In this document: piece by piece, positions 20,193-33,056 of the stretch
How the letters are laid out: each line of letters opens with the position of its first letter
How positions within the stretch are numbered: the stretch's first letter is position 1
Origin: Burkholderiales bacterium
Lineage (GTDB): Bacteria; Pseudomonadota; Gammaproteobacteria; Burkholderiales; SG8-39
Reading direction: 5' to 3'
Assembly (NCBI GenBank): GCA_036496555.1
Contig: DASXKY010000058.1
Location: 4,115 to 68,114 of the forward strand
DNA length: 64,000 nt
Program-made: the position numbers and the translations under genes
Notes under the pieces: generated by a model
The model's input: only the letters and a program-made list of their open reading frames with translations
The model's database searches: none
Told to the model about the DNA's origin: nothing

Positions 20193-21910
20193 AGTTCCTC
20201 GGACAGGATCATTTCCGTGATCCCCTTGCCGCCGGGGATCATCGGATACACGTTCTCGGCCTGGTCGGTGATGAAGTCCAGGAACACCAGCTCGTTTTTC
20301 TTCGAGAACGCCTCTCTCAGCGCGCCTTCGACGTCGGCGGGCTTGTCGATCAGCATGCCGCTGTGGCCATAGCCTTCGGCCAGCTTGACGAAGTCGGGCA
20401 GCGCGTCCATGTACGACTCGGAGTAGCGGTTGCCGTGGAAGAACTGCTGCCACTGGCGCACCATGCCCATGTACTTGTTGTTCAGGTTCACGATCTTGAT
20501 CGGCAGGCGGTACTGCTTGCAGGTGGAGAGCTCCTGCAGGCACATCTGGATCGACGACTCGCCGGTGACGCACGCCACCGTCGCGCCGGGGTTGGCCATC
20601 TGCGCGCCCATCGCCGCCGGCAGGCCGAAGCCCATCGTGCCCAGGCCGCCGGAGTTGATCCAGCGCCGCGGCTTGTCGAACTTGTAGAACTGCGCTGCCC
20701 ACATCTGGTGCTGGCCGACGTCGGAAGTGATGAAGGCCTCGCCCTTGGTCACCTCGTAGAGCTTCTCCAGCACGAACTGCGGCTTGATGATCTTGGAGTT
20801 GCGGTCGTACTTCAGGCAGTCCTTCCCCCGCCAGTCCTCGATCTGCTTCCACCAGGCCTTGATGTCCTGCGTCTTGCCGTCCTTCAGGTTCTTCAGGACC
20901 TCGTCCAGGACGTCGGGAATGTTGCCGACGATCGGCACGTCCACCTTGACGCGCTTGGAGATCGACGACGGGTCGATGTCGATGTGGATGATCTTGCGCG
21001 GGTTCTGCGCGAAGTGCGCCGGGTTGCCGATGACGCGGTCGTCGAAGCGCGCGCCAATGGCGAGCAGCACGTCGCAATGCTGCATGGCCATGTTGGCTTC
21101 GTAGGTGCCATGCATGCCGAGCATGCCGAGGAACTGCTTGTCGGTCGCCGGATAGGCGCCCAGGCCCATCAGCGTGTTGGTGATGGGAAATCCCGTCTGC
21201 TTGATCAGATCCTTCAGCTGGCCGGAAGAATTCGAAAGCACGACACCGCCGCCCGTGTACACCATCGGCCGCTGCGCCTCGAGCAGCAGCTGCACCGCCT
21301 TCTTGATCTGCCCGGCGTGGCCCTTGCGCACCGGCTGGTAGGAGCGCATCGAGACTTCTTCCGGATAGGAGAACTCGCAGGTCGCGGTGGTGACGTCCTT
21401 GGGGATGTCCACCACGACCGGGCCGGGACGCCCGGTGGTCGCGATGTGGAATGCCTTCTTCATCGCCGAGGCGAGGTCCTTCACGTCCTTCACCAGCATG
21501 TTGTGCTTCACGATGGGGCGCGTGATGCCCACCGTGTCGCACTCCTGGAAAGCATCGAGGCCGATGGCGTGCGTCGGCACCTGGCCGGTGATCACCACCA
21601 TCGGGATCGAATCCATGTAGGCGGTGGCGATGCCGGTCACCGCGTTGGTGACGCCGGGTCCGGAGGTCACCAGCGCCACGCCGGTCTTCAGCGAGGAGCG
21701 CGAATAGCCGTCGGCGGCATGCACCGCGCCCTGCTCGTGGCGCACCAGCACGTGCTTCACCTTGTCCTGCTTGAAGAGCTCGTCGTAGATGTAGAGGACC
21801 GCGCCGCCGGGATAGCCGAATACGTACTCGACGCCCTCTTCCTGCAGGCAGCGAATCACGATCTCGGCTCCGTTCAGCGTGCTCGTCTTGATGCGGTCCA
21901 TGGCGGGCAA
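20189..21910 (-). CDS. ilvI: Acetolactate synthase large subunit
   Basis: 573-aa ThDP enzyme: GAEIVIRCLQEEGVEYVFGYPGGAVL, GGLGTMGFGLPAAMGA. Confidence 0.97.
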   Translation of the reverse strand: MPAMDRIKTSTLNGAEIVIRCLQEEGVEYVFGYPGGAVLYIYDELFKQDKVKHVLVRHEQGAVHAADGYSRSSLKTGVALVTSGPGVTNAVTGIATAYMDSIPMVVITGQVPTHAIGLDAFQECDTVGITRPIVKHNMLVKDVKDLASAMKKAFHIATTGRPGPVVVDIPKDVTTATCEFSYPEEVSMRSYQPVRKGHAGQIKKAVQLLLEAQRPMVYTGGGVVLSNSSGQLKDLIKQTGFPITNTLMGLGAYPATDKQFLGMLGMHGTYEANMAMQHCDVLLAIGARFDDRVIGNPAHFAQNPRKIIHIDIDPSSISKRVKVDVPIVGNIPDVLDEVLKNLKDGKTQDIKAWWKQIEDWRGKDCLKYDRNSKIIKPQFVLEKLYEVTKGEAFITSDVGQHQMWAAQFYKFDKPRRWINSGGLGTMGFGLPAAMGAQMANPGATVACVTGESSIQMCLQELSTCKQYRLPIKIVNLNNKYMGMVRQWQQFFHGNRYSESYMDALPDFVKLAEGYGHSGMLIDKPADVEGALREAFSKKNELVFLDFITDQAENVYPMIPGGKGITEMILSEEL

Positions 21911-22020
21911 AAACCTTTGTAAACCATGATGGTAACATCGTCTTGCCCGACTACAACGCGTAACAACGGAGGGCCCTCACACTGGCATCCCGCAGCGAGC
22001 TGTCCGCCTTCCTCGCCGGC

Positions 22021-22548
22021 GTGGAGCGGCGGGCATTCAAGCAGGCCATGTTCGCCGTGCGCGACGAGGAGGCGGCGCTCGACATCGTGCAGGACGCCAT
22101 GCTGCGCCTCGCCGAGAAGTACGGCCACCGGCCCGCAGCCGAGCTGCCGCTGCTTTTCCACCGCATCGTGCAGAACGCGGTACGCGACTGGTTCCGCCGC
22201 CAAAAGGTGCGCTCGTTGTGGACCACCCTCTTTTCCTCCCTCTCCGGCGGCACGGAGGACGAAGATCGCGATCCGCTGGAAACGCTTGAGGCCGCCGGTG
22301 GGTCCAATCCCCAGGACAATCCTGCGGGCCAGCTCGAGCAGGCTCAAGTGCTTGAAATTATTGAGCAAGAGCTGGCACGACTGCCCGAGCGTCAACGACA
22401 GGCCTTCCTCATGCGTTACTGGGAGGAGCGAGACGTTGCCGAGACCGCGAAGATCATGGGCTGCTCCGAGGGAAGCGTGAAAACTCACTGCTCTCGGGCT
22501 ACGCACGCGTTGGCTTCCGCATTGAGGGCACGCGGTATTACGCTATGA
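22021..22548 (+). CDS. ECF-type RNA polymerase sigma factor (start may be CTG at 21982)
   Basis: Region 2 (ALDIVQDAMLRLAEKY...FHRIVQNAVRDWFRRQ) and region 4 (LPERQRQAFLMRYWEERDVAETAKIMGCSEGSVKTHCSRA). Confidence 0.88.
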   Translation: MERRAFKQAMFAVRDEEAALDIVQDAMLRLAEKYGHRPAAELPLLFHRIVQNAVRDWFRRQKVRSLWTTLFSSLSGGTEDEDRDPLETLEAAGGSNPQDNPAGQLEQAQVLEIIEQELARLPERQRQAFLMRYWEERDVAETAKIMGCSEGSVKTHCSRATHALASALRARGITL

Positions 22549-22940
22549 GCGAAATGAACGAACAGCACTTCGGCAACCGGGTCCGGCAGGCGCTCAATCA
22601 AGGGCTGCGGCTCAACGCGAGCCAGGCGGAACGCCTGCACGCCGCGCGCGAGCGCGCGCTCGCCCGCCAGCGTCCGCAGCTCGCCCCGGCCCTCGCCTGG
22701 GCCGACAACGTGGTCGGCGGCTTCGGCGGCTGGAGCGGCGTGTCGCTGAGGCTGATCGCACCGCTCGCCGCGCTGGTGGTTTCCGCCGCCGCGCTCTACA
22801 CGTGGCAGCAGAACCGGATCATTTCCGACTTCGAGGAGATCGACGCCATGCTCCTCACCGACGACCTGCCGATCGACGCCTACCTCGATCGCGGTTTCCA
22901 GAACTGGCTGAAGAAGCACCCGGCAACGACGGAGGAGTGA
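22545..22940 (+). CDS. DUF3619 membrane protein (ECF-associated)
   Basis: Its ATG overlaps the sigma-factor stop (ATGA). N-terminus FGNRVRQALNQG plus one TM, as in DUF3619 proteins that follow this sigma factor in betaproteobacteria. Confidence 0.72.
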   Translation: MSEMNEQHFGNRVRQALNQGLRLNASQAERLHAARERALARQRPQLAPALAWADNVVGGFGGWSGVSLRLIAPLAALVVSAAALYTWQQNRIISDFEEIDAMLLTDDLPIDAYLDRGFQNWLKKHPATTEE

Positions 22941-23434
22941 TGCTGCGCGCCCTGCTCGCCCTCCTCGGTCTCGCCTTGGCCGTCGGAACGGCAGCGCAGC
23001 AGCCGCCCGCGCCCGACGCGCCAAAGCCGGCGCCGAAAGCCGTCGCAAAATCCCCCGCCAAGGCCGTGCCGAAGAAGAAGCTCGCGGTAGTGCGCCCGAC
23101 CTGGATCGAGCTCTCTCCCGAGCAGCGGCAGGTCCTCGCGCCGCTGCAGGACGACTGGGAAAACCTGGAGCGTGAGCGCCGCCAGAAGTGGATCGGCATC
23201 GCCAAGCGCTACCCGAAGATGAAGCCGGAGGAGCAGGCGAAGATGCAACGGCGCATGCACGACTGGGCCAGCCTCACGCCCGAGCAACGCCGCCAGGCGC
23301 GCGAGAACTACAAGAACATGATCGCCAAGACGCCGCCCGAAAAGCGCCGCAAGCTGCGCGAGCAATGGGCCGAATACCAGGCCCTGCCGCCACAGGAGCG
23401 CGAAGAGATGCTGCAGGAGAAGAACAAGCGGTGA
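22940..23434 (+). CDS. DUF3106 periplasmic protein
   Basis: Signal peptide, then repeated W..L.PEQR/EEQ helices (WIELSPEQRQVLAPL, WASLTPEQRRQAREN, WAEYQALPPQERE). Start is codon 47 of track ORF 22802..23434. Confidence 0.72.
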   Translation: MLRALLALLGLALAVGTAAQQPPAPDAPKPAPKAVAKSPAKAVPKKKLAVVRPTWIELSPEQRQVLAPLQDDWENLERERRQKWIGIAKRYPKMKPEEQAKMQRRMHDWASLTPEQRRQARENYKNMIAKTPPEKRRKLREQWAEYQALPPQEREEMLQEKNKR

Positions 23435-23829
23435 GCCCGCTCGCGCCGGGTCTGCCGCGGCGCCTGGCGAGCATGGGATACGAGGCGCTGCTGCTCTTCG
23501 CCGTGGCCTTCTTCGCCGCCTGGCTGTTTTTCTTCGCCAGCGGCGGGCGCGACGCCACCCACGGCTGGACGCGCTATGTCCTGCAGGTTTTCATCCTGGT
23601 GGTGTTCGCGGCCTACTTCCTGTGGTGCTGGCTGCGCGGCGGGCAGACGCTCGCCATGAAGGCGTGGCGCATCCGGCTGGCGGACGTCACGCCGGCGAAG
23701 GCGATCCTGCGATTCCTCTACGGCCTGATGCTCGTGCCGACGGGGATCGCCATCGTGTGGGCCTTCTTCGATCGCGACCGCCAGTTCCTGCACGACCGCC
23801 TGGCGGGCACGCGGCTTGAGCGGGTATAG
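23431..23829 (+). CDS. RDD-family membrane protein
   Basis: RRLASMGYEALLLFAV...GQTLAMKAWRIRL...FLHDRLAGTRL is the RDD domain pattern. GTG start at 23431 overlaps the preceding stop (GTGA). Confidence 0.72.
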   Translation: MSPLAPGLPRRLASMGYEALLLFAVAFFAAWLFFFASGGRDATHGWTRYVLQVFILVVFAAYFLWCWLRGGQTLAMKAWRIRLADVTPAKAILRFLYGLMLVPTGIAIVWAFFDRDRQFLHDRLAGTRLERV

Positions 23830-23838
23830 ATGCGGCGC

Positions 23839-24912
23839 CTAGCGCCGCTCGAGCCACCACATCATGCCGACCGCGGCGAGGAGGAACGCCACCGAAGGCA
23901 GCGCGGCCGCCGACAGCGGCGGCCAGTTCTGCAGCAGCCCGATGTGCGAAAACAGGCTGTTCAGCAGGTGGAAGAAGATGCCGAGCATGATGCCGAGGAA
24001 CACCTTCAGGCCGACCATCCCGGCGCGCGCCTGCATGTAACCGAAGGGCAGCGCGAGCGCCATCATCACCAGCGCGGCGAGCGGGTAAAAGAGCTTCTTC
24101 CAGAGCGCGATGTCGTAGAGCTCGGTCTTCTGGCGGTTGACCTCGAGGTGCTGCACGTACTTGTGCAGCGCCCAGGCGGACATGCGGTCGGGCTGCACGA
24201 TCAGCGCATCGAGCATGTCCGGCGTCACCGCCGAGTGCCATTCCAGCTCGGCCTCGCGCGTGGTGCGCGGGCCGTCGCCCGTGAAGCGCGTCTGCACCAC
24301 GCCGAGCAGCTGCCAAGTGTTGTGGCCGCGGTATTCGGCGCGATCCACGGCGGTCATCTCCTCGAGCCGATAGCTCGCGTCGAAGCGGAAGATGCGCATC
24401 CCGCCGAGTGAGTTGGAATGCCGTGCCTCCTTGACGTTGATGAAGGAGGTGTCGTCCTTGAACCACAGCCCCGACTGCAGGTCCTGGCCGATCAGCGAGC
24501 TGGTCGCGCGCAGCTTCACCTTCTGCGCGGCCTCCTCCGCGGCCGGCGCGATCCACTCGCCGATCAGGAATGTGAGGACCACGAAGGCGAGGCCGATCTT
24601 GCCGAGCGCCGCCGCTGCGCCGCGCGGCGACATGCCGGAGCCGCGCATCACGGTGAATTCCGAGCTGCCGGCGAGGTGAGCGAGCACGTACAGCGTGCCG
24701 ATCAGCACCGCCACCGGAAACAGCTCGTACGCATGCCCCGGCGCGCTGAGCAGCACGAACGTGAACACCTGGGGCAGGTGGTAATCGCCCTGGCCGATGT
24801 CGGCGAGCTCCCTGATCAGATCGAAGAACGCGAACAGCGCGAGGAAGCCGAGGAACACGAAGCCGACCGCGGCGTAGATCTGGCGGGCGAGGTAGCGCTC
24901 GAGGGTGCGCAT
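23839..24912 (-). CDS. lptG: LPS export ABC transporter permease LptG
   Basis: MRTLERYLARQIYAAVGFVFLGFLALFAFFDLI matches YjgP/YjgQ-family LptG. Sits next to lptF. Confidence 0.92.
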   Translation of the reverse strand: MRTLERYLARQIYAAVGFVFLGFLALFAFFDLIRELADIGQGDYHLPQVFTFVLLSAPGHAYELFPVAVLIGTLYVLAHLAGSSEFTVMRGSGMSPRGAAAALGKIGLAFVVLTFLIGEWIAPAAEEAAQKVKLRATSSLIGQDLQSGLWFKDDTSFINVKEARHSNSLGGMRIFRFDASYRLEEMTAVDRAEYRGHNTWQLLGVVQTRFTGDGPRTTREAELEWHSAVTPDMLDALIVQPDRMSAWALHKYVQHLEVNRQKTELYDIALWKKLFYPLAALVMMALALPFGYMQARAGMVGLKVFLGIMLGIFFHLLNSLFSHIGLLQNWPPLSAAALPSVAFLLAAVGMMWWLERR

Positions 24913-24916
24913 CGGC

Positions 24917-25993
24917 TCAGCGCGCGAAGCGCAGGCGGATCAGTTGCATGCGCTGCGCGAACATGAACACCAGCAGCAGCGTCATGCCGATGTGCACCAT
25001 CGAGACGCCGGCGGCGAAGTCCATGCGCCCCTGCGCGACGCGCGCGACGCTCACCGACAGCAGGTTCGAGTACACGATGTAGGTCAGCAGCGCGATCATC
25101 AGGTTGATCGAGCGGCCGGCGCGCGGGTTGACGAAGCTCATCGGGATCGCCATCAGCACCAGCACCAGCGCCGAGATCGGCACGCCGACGCGCCACAGCA
25201 GCTCGCCCAGGTTCTGGTTGGTCGGGTTCATCACCAGCGCCCAGGTCGGCAGGGTCTTCTGCGTCACCGCCGGCTCCTTGCCCTCGCGGGTCTCGATGCG
25301 CGCGGCGTAGCGGTCGAACTCGGTGATCCGGTACTGCTGGTCGCCCGGCGCGCCCTCGTAGCGGCGGCCCTGCTCGAGCACCAGGAAGCGGTCGCCGTTC
25401 GCCTCGCTCTCGGTATGGCCGCTGCGGCTCATGCTGACGCCGCTCTTCGCCTGCTGCGAGGAGCTGACGAACACGTTCTGCACCGAGCTCTGGTCGCCCG
25501 ACACCGACTCGACGAAGAACACGCGGTCGCGGCTCGCCGTCTCGCCGAACACGCCCGGGCTCACGCGCGAGACGTCGTCGCGCGACTCGAGCTTGGTGGC
25601 GTACTGCGAGCCCATCTGCGCCGCCCAGGGCGAGATGAAGATCGACAGCGCGGTGATCACCGCCACCAGCGGCAGCGCGAAGATCATCACCGGCTTGAGC
25701 CACGCGGCGAGCGACAGCCCCGAACCGAACCAGATCACCATCTCGGAGTCGCGCCAGCTGCGCGTCAGCGTCATCAGCACCGAGATGAACATGGTGAGCG
25801 AGAGCAGCACCGGCAGGGTGCCGAGCGCGAAGAAGCCGAGGAAGGCGATCACCGCGTCGGAGGGGATCTTGCCGCCGGCCGCCTGGCCGAGCAGGCGGAT
25901 CAGCCGCGTGGTGAGCGCAATGGCGAACAGCGTCATGAACACCGCGCCGGCAAGACTGGCGAACTCCCGAAGCAAGGCGCGCTGAAAGATCAC
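24917..25993 (-). CDS. lptF: LPS export ABC transporter permease LptF
   Basis: MIFQRALLREFASLAGAVFMTLFAIALTTRLIRLLGQAA is the LptF N-terminus. Divergent from pepA, as in many proteobacteria. Confidence 0.92.
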   Translation of the reverse strand: MIFQRALLREFASLAGAVFMTLFAIALTTRLIRLLGQAAGGKIPSDAVIAFLGFFALGTLPVLLSLTMFISVLMTLTRSWRDSEMVIWFGSGLSLAAWLKPVMIFALPLVAVITALSIFISPWAAQMGSQYATKLESRDDVSRVSPGVFGETASRDRVFFVESVSGDQSSVQNVFVSSSQQAKSGVSMSRSGHTESEANGDRFLVLEQGRRYEGAPGDQQYRITEFDRYAARIETREGKEPAVTQKTLPTWALVMNPTNQNLGELLWRVGVPISALVLVLMAIPMSFVNPRAGRSINLMIALLTYIVYSNLLSVSVARVAQGRMDFAAGVSMVHIGMTLLLVFMFAQRMQLIRLRFAR

Positions 25994-26016
25994 GAGTGGA
26001 ACGCTATACTTTCACT

Positions 26017-27495
26017 ATGGAATTTAGCATAAAGCCGCTCTCGCCCGAGACGGCGAAGACGGACTGCGTCATCCTCGGCGTCCACGCCAACCAGGAGCTC
26101 ACCCCCGCCGCGCGCCGCGCCGACCAGGCCGCGAAGGGCGGGCTGCGCAAGGCGCTCGCCGACCTGGCCACCAAGGCCGGCGCCACGCTGCTGCTGCGCT
26201 CGGTGCCCGGCCTCGCCGCCGAGCGGGTCCTGCTGGTGAGCCTCGGCGAGCGCGGCGAGTTCGGCGAAAACGCCTACCGCGACGCGGTGCGCGGCGCGGC
26301 CGCCGCGCTGAAGGACCTCGGCGCGAGGGACGCCGCCTTCTTCCTCGTCGACGGCAAGGTTGGCTCCCGCCACGTCAGCTGGAACCTGCGCCACGCCATC
26401 CTCGGTTTGCGCGAAGGCTTTTATCGTTTCGATCAACTCAAGTCTCAGAAAAAGCAGCCGTCGGCGGCCTTGCAGACGGTGACCTTCCCGCTGACCGCAA
26501 AGCCCGATCTGCAGAAAGCCCTGGTCGAGGCCGGCGCGACCGCCGACGGCATCGACCTCGCCAAGACCCTCGGCAACCTGCCGCCCAACATCTGCACGCC
26601 GGCCTACCTCGCCGACGAGGCGAAGAAGCTCGCGCGCCAGTACAAGCTGCAGGTCGAGGTGCTCGAACGCGCCGACATGCAGAAGCTCGGCATGGGCGCG
26701 CTGCTCGCCGTCGCCCACGCCTCGCACAACCCGCCCAAGCTGATCGTGCTGCGCTACAACGGCGCGGCGAAGGGCAAGAAGCCGATCGCCCTGGTCGGCA
26801 AGGGCATCACCTTCGACACCGGCGGCATCTCGCTCAAGCCGGCGGCCGAGATGGACGAGATGAAGTTCGACATGTCGGGCGCCGGCTCGGTGCTTGGCGC
26901 GCTGCGCGCGCTCGCCGGCATGAAGGCGCCGGTCAACGTAGTCGGCGTGATCCCGACCTGCGAGAACATGCCGGGCGGCCACGCCGCGCGGCCCGGCGAC
27001 ATCGTCACCACGCTGTCGGGCCAGACCGTCGAGATCCTGAATACCGACGCCGAGGGGCGCCTGATCCTCTGCGACGCGCTCACCTACGCCGCGCGCTACC
27101 AGCCCGAGAAGGTCATCGACATCGCCACCCTCACCGGCGCCTGCGTCGTCGCCCTCGGCCATGTGGCGAGCGGCCTGTTCTCGAACGACGAGGCGCTCGC
27201 CGCCGAGGTGCTGGCCGCCGCCGACGACGCGCGCGACCCGGTCTGGCGCCTGCCGCTGTGGGAGGAATACCAGGAAGGGCTGCGCTCCAACTTCGCAGAC
27301 TTCGCCAACATCGGCGGCCGCCCCGGCGGCGCGATCACCGCCGCCTGCTACCTCGCCCGCTTCACGCGCAAGATGCGCTGGGCGCACCTCGACGTCGCCG
27401 GCACCGCGTGGAAAAGCGGCCGCGAGAAAGGCTCCACCGGCCGCCCGGTGCCGCTGCTCGTGCGCTTCGCCTTGCGCCACGCCGGTCGCAAGTGA
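26017..27495 (+). CDS. pepA: Leucyl aminopeptidase
   Basis: VGKGITFDTGGISLKP and NTDAEGRLILCDAL are M17 signatures. Start taken at MEFSIK, codon 8 of the track ORF. Confidence 0.95.
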   Translation: MEFSIKPLSPETAKTDCVILGVHANQELTPAARRADQAAKGGLRKALADLATKAGATLLLRSVPGLAAERVLLVSLGERGEFGENAYRDAVRGAAAALKDLGARDAAFFLVDGKVGSRHVSWNLRHAILGLREGFYRFDQLKSQKKQPSAALQTVTFPLTAKPDLQKALVEAGATADGIDLAKTLGNLPPNICTPAYLADEAKKLARQYKLQVEVLERADMQKLGMGALLAVAHASHNPPKLIVLRYNGAAKGKKPIALVGKGITFDTGGISLKPAAEMDEMKFDMSGAGSVLGALRALAGMKAPVNVVGVIPTCENMPGGHAARPGDIVTTLSGQTVEILNTDAEGRLILCDALTYAARYQPEKVIDIATLTGACVVALGHVASGLFSNDEALAAEVLAAADDARDPVWRLPLWEEYQEGLRSNFADFANIGGRPGGAITAACYLARFTRKMRWAHLDVAGTAWKSGREKGSTGRPVPLLVRFALRHAGRK

Positions 27496-27920
27496 CCTCG
27501 ATCGATTTCTACTTCAACGCCGAAGACCGCCTCCAGGTAGCGTGCCGGCTCGCCGCCAAGGCGTTCAGCCAGCAGAAGCGCATGGTCATCTATGCGCCGG
27601 AGGGCGACACCGCCGGCCGCGTCGACAAGATGCTGTGGACCTGGCAGGCGATCGGTTTCGTGCCGCACGTCGCCGCCACCGACGAGCTCGCCGCCGAGAC
27701 GCCGGTCCTCATCGCCAGCGGCGAGGAGACGCCGGCAGGCTGCGGCCTGCTCCTCAACCTGTCGTCGGGAACGCCGCCGCACTTCGCGCGCTTCGAGCGC
27801 CTGTTCGAAGTGGTGTCGGCGGGCGAGGCCGAGCGCGCCGTGGCGCGCGAGCGCTACCGCTTCTACCAGGAGCGCGGCTACAAGATCGCCAACCACGACC
27901 TCGCCGCCGCCCATGAGTGA
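27492..27920 (+). CDS. holC: DNA polymerase III subunit chi
   Basis: VTSIDFYFNAEDRLQVACRLAAKAFSQQKRMVIY...MLWTWQAIGFVPH is the HolC pattern. Conserved pepA-holC-valS order. GTG start overlaps the pepA stop. Confidence 0.85.
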   Translation: MTSIDFYFNAEDRLQVACRLAAKAFSQQKRMVIYAPEGDTAGRVDKMLWTWQAIGFVPHVAATDELAAETPVLIASGEETPAGCGLLLNLSSGTPPHFARFERLFEVVSAGEAERAVARERYRFYQERGYKIANHDLAAAHE

Positions 27921-28286
27921 CGACGAGCGCGACGCGAAACCGCTGTTCGAGCGCGTCGACGCGCTGCTGAAGAAAGCCCAGCCGGTGCGCGGGCCGGCCG
28001 ACGTGCCGGTGCTCACCGAGGTGGTGACCGACGAGCTGGTGCGCCGCCGCATCGGCGTCGACCGCGCCGCGCTCGAGCGCATCGCGCACGAGATCGAGGC
28101 GGCGATGCTCGCGCGCCTGCAGCCCGAGCTCGAGCGCCTGGTGAGCGAGAACCTCAACCGCGCGTTGAGCACCGCGCTCGGCAAGGCGCTCGACACGGTC
28201 GGCGGCGAGCTGCGCACGGCCGTGCGCCACATGGTGCGCGAGGCGATCGCCGCCTCGGTGGCGAACGCGGTCAAGTCCGACCCGCA

Positions 28287-28290
<4 letters not shown>
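27913..28290 (+). CDS. Hypothetical protein (125 aa, helical)
   Basis: ORF between holC and valS that overlaps both neighbours by a few nt. Non-repetitive sequence. I recognise no family. Confidence 0.5.
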
Positions 28291-31150
<2,860 letters not shown>

Positions 31151-31154
<4 letters not shown>

Positions 31155-32410
31155 ACCTTCCGGCAGGCCTCAGGGCGCTCCGCCACCGCAACTTCCGGCT
31201 GTTCTTCGTCGGCCAGGGCTGCTCGCAGATCGGCTTCTGGCTGCAGCTCATCGCCACCAGCTGGCTGGTCTACAAGCTGTCGGGCTCGACCCTCCTGCTC
31301 GGCGTCGCCGCCTTCGCGCTGCAGATCCCGTTCCTCGTCATGACGCCGCTCGCCGGCGTGATCATCGACCGCGCCGACCCGCGCCGCATCCTGATGGTGA
31401 CCAACTCGATCGCCGCGCTGCAGGCGGCGACGATGTTCCTCCTGGTGCGCTTCGGCCAGGTGCAGCCCTGGCACCTGGTGGCCGCCAACCTGGTGCTCGG
31501 CCTGGTGAACGCCTGCGACGCGCCGGCGCGGCAGTCGATCCTCATCCGCCTGGTCGGCGGCAAGGCCGACCTGGTGAACGCCATCGCGCTCAACTCGATC
31601 ATGATGAACGGCGCGCGCTTCATCGGTCCGGTCGCCGCTGGCGCGCTGATCGCGGCCTTCGGCGAGCGCTGGGGCTTCGGCCTCAACGTCTTCACCTACC
31701 TCGGCATGGTGTTTGCGCTATCGCGCATGCGCCTCGCGCCGGCGCTGCACGGCGCGCCCGAGGCGGGCCTGCTCGCCCAGCTCGCCGCCGGGGCGCGCTA
31801 CGCGTACGGGTTCCTGCCCTCGCGCTGCGCGTTGCTGCTCCTCACCGCGATCAGCCTCAGCGTGAACTCCTACGCCGCGCTGATGCCCTGGTTCGCCCGC
31901 GAGGCCTTCGGCGGCGACTCGGGCGTGCTCGGCCTGATGCTGAGCGCCGCCGGCTTTGGCGCGGTATCGGGCATGGTGTACCTCGCCTCGCGGCCGGGCA
32001 TCCGCGGCCTGTTCCGCGTCATCGGCTGGACCGCGACGCTCGCCGGCGCGGCGCTGATCGTGTTCTCGCTCAGCGCGACGCTATGGCTTGCGCTGCCCTC
32101 GCTTTACTTCGTCGGCATGGGGCTCATGCTCACCGCCGCCTCGACCAACACCGTCCTGCAAAGCATCGTGCCCGACGAGCTGCGCGGACGCGTGGCCTCG
32201 CTCTACGTCATGTCGTTCCTCGGCATGACGCCGCTCGGCGCCCTCGCCTCGGGCTGGGCGGCGGGGCACATCGGACCGCCCGTAACGCTGGCGATCTGCG
32301 GCACGGTCGCGCTCGTCGCGGCGGCGGTCTACGCCTGGAAGCTGCCGGCGATCCGCAAGGAGATCCGGCCGGTCTACGAGCGTCTAGGGGTAATCGACCC
32401 GGCTCACTGA
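31151..32410 (+). CDS. MFS transporter (EntS/MFS_3-like)
   Basis: [31 protein letters not shown], with about 12 TM segments. GTG start overlaps the valS stop (GTGA). Confidence 0.85.
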
Positions 32411-32417
32411 TTCGGGG

Positions 32418-33041
32418 TCACTGATATGGCCGTACGCCCGTGCCGATGAAGGGCGGCTGGCGACCGACCAGGCTCTCCAGCAGGATCAGCTCGGCGTCGG
32501 TGTGGTTGAGTACCGGCGCCTGCATCAGCATCTGCGGCGAGCCCGCCGGCATGATGTAGCGCGGCGACTCGTGGTGCGAGGTGCGCACCGTTTCCGCGGC
32601 GGATGGGTCGCTCGCCGGCGCAAGCACCGTCTCGCCGTAGCAGGTACAGGCGTAGGTGCGGCTCGGGTCGACCTCGATGTAGATGCCGGTGCCGCGGATG
32701 CCGATGTTCGCGGTCGGGGTGCGGATCTCCTTGCGCTCTCCCGACGCAAACACGGACAGCACGGCGCCCGTGACGATGCGCAGGCCGTTCGCCACCAGCG
32801 ACACCTCGGTGTTCTCGCGCACCATGAAGGCGTCGCGCGCCGAGACGAAGACGATCTCCGAGCCGCGCTGCGCACGCACAGTGTCGCCGGCGCGCAACTC
32901 GGCGCCGCGCTGCGCTGGCGCGCCGTTCACCTGCACCTCGCCTTGCAAGCGGTAGACCCCCTTCTCCAGGCGCCCCTGCGCGAGCGCATCCCGCACCAGG
33001 AAAAGCGCCGCCGCGCCTTGAAGGAGCGCGCGGCGCTTCAT
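32418..33041 (-). CDS. Secreted FecR-domain protein (Tat-like signal)
   Basis: MKRRALLQGAAALFL is Tat-like. GEVQVNGAPAQRGAELRAGDTVRAQRGSEIVFV resembles the FecR beta-sandwich. Confidence 0.55.
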   Translation of the reverse strand: MKRRALLQGAAALFLVRDALAQGRLEKGVYRLQGEVQVNGAPAQRGAELRAGDTVRAQRGSEIVFVSARDAFMVRENTEVSLVANGLRIVTGAVLSVFASGERKEIRTPTANIGIRGTGIYIEVDPSRTYACTCYGETVLAPASDPSAAETVRTSHHESPRYIMPAGSPQMLMQAPVLNHTDAELILLESLVGRQPPFIGTGVRPYQ

Positions 33042-33056
33042 ATCAGGTAAATGCGG

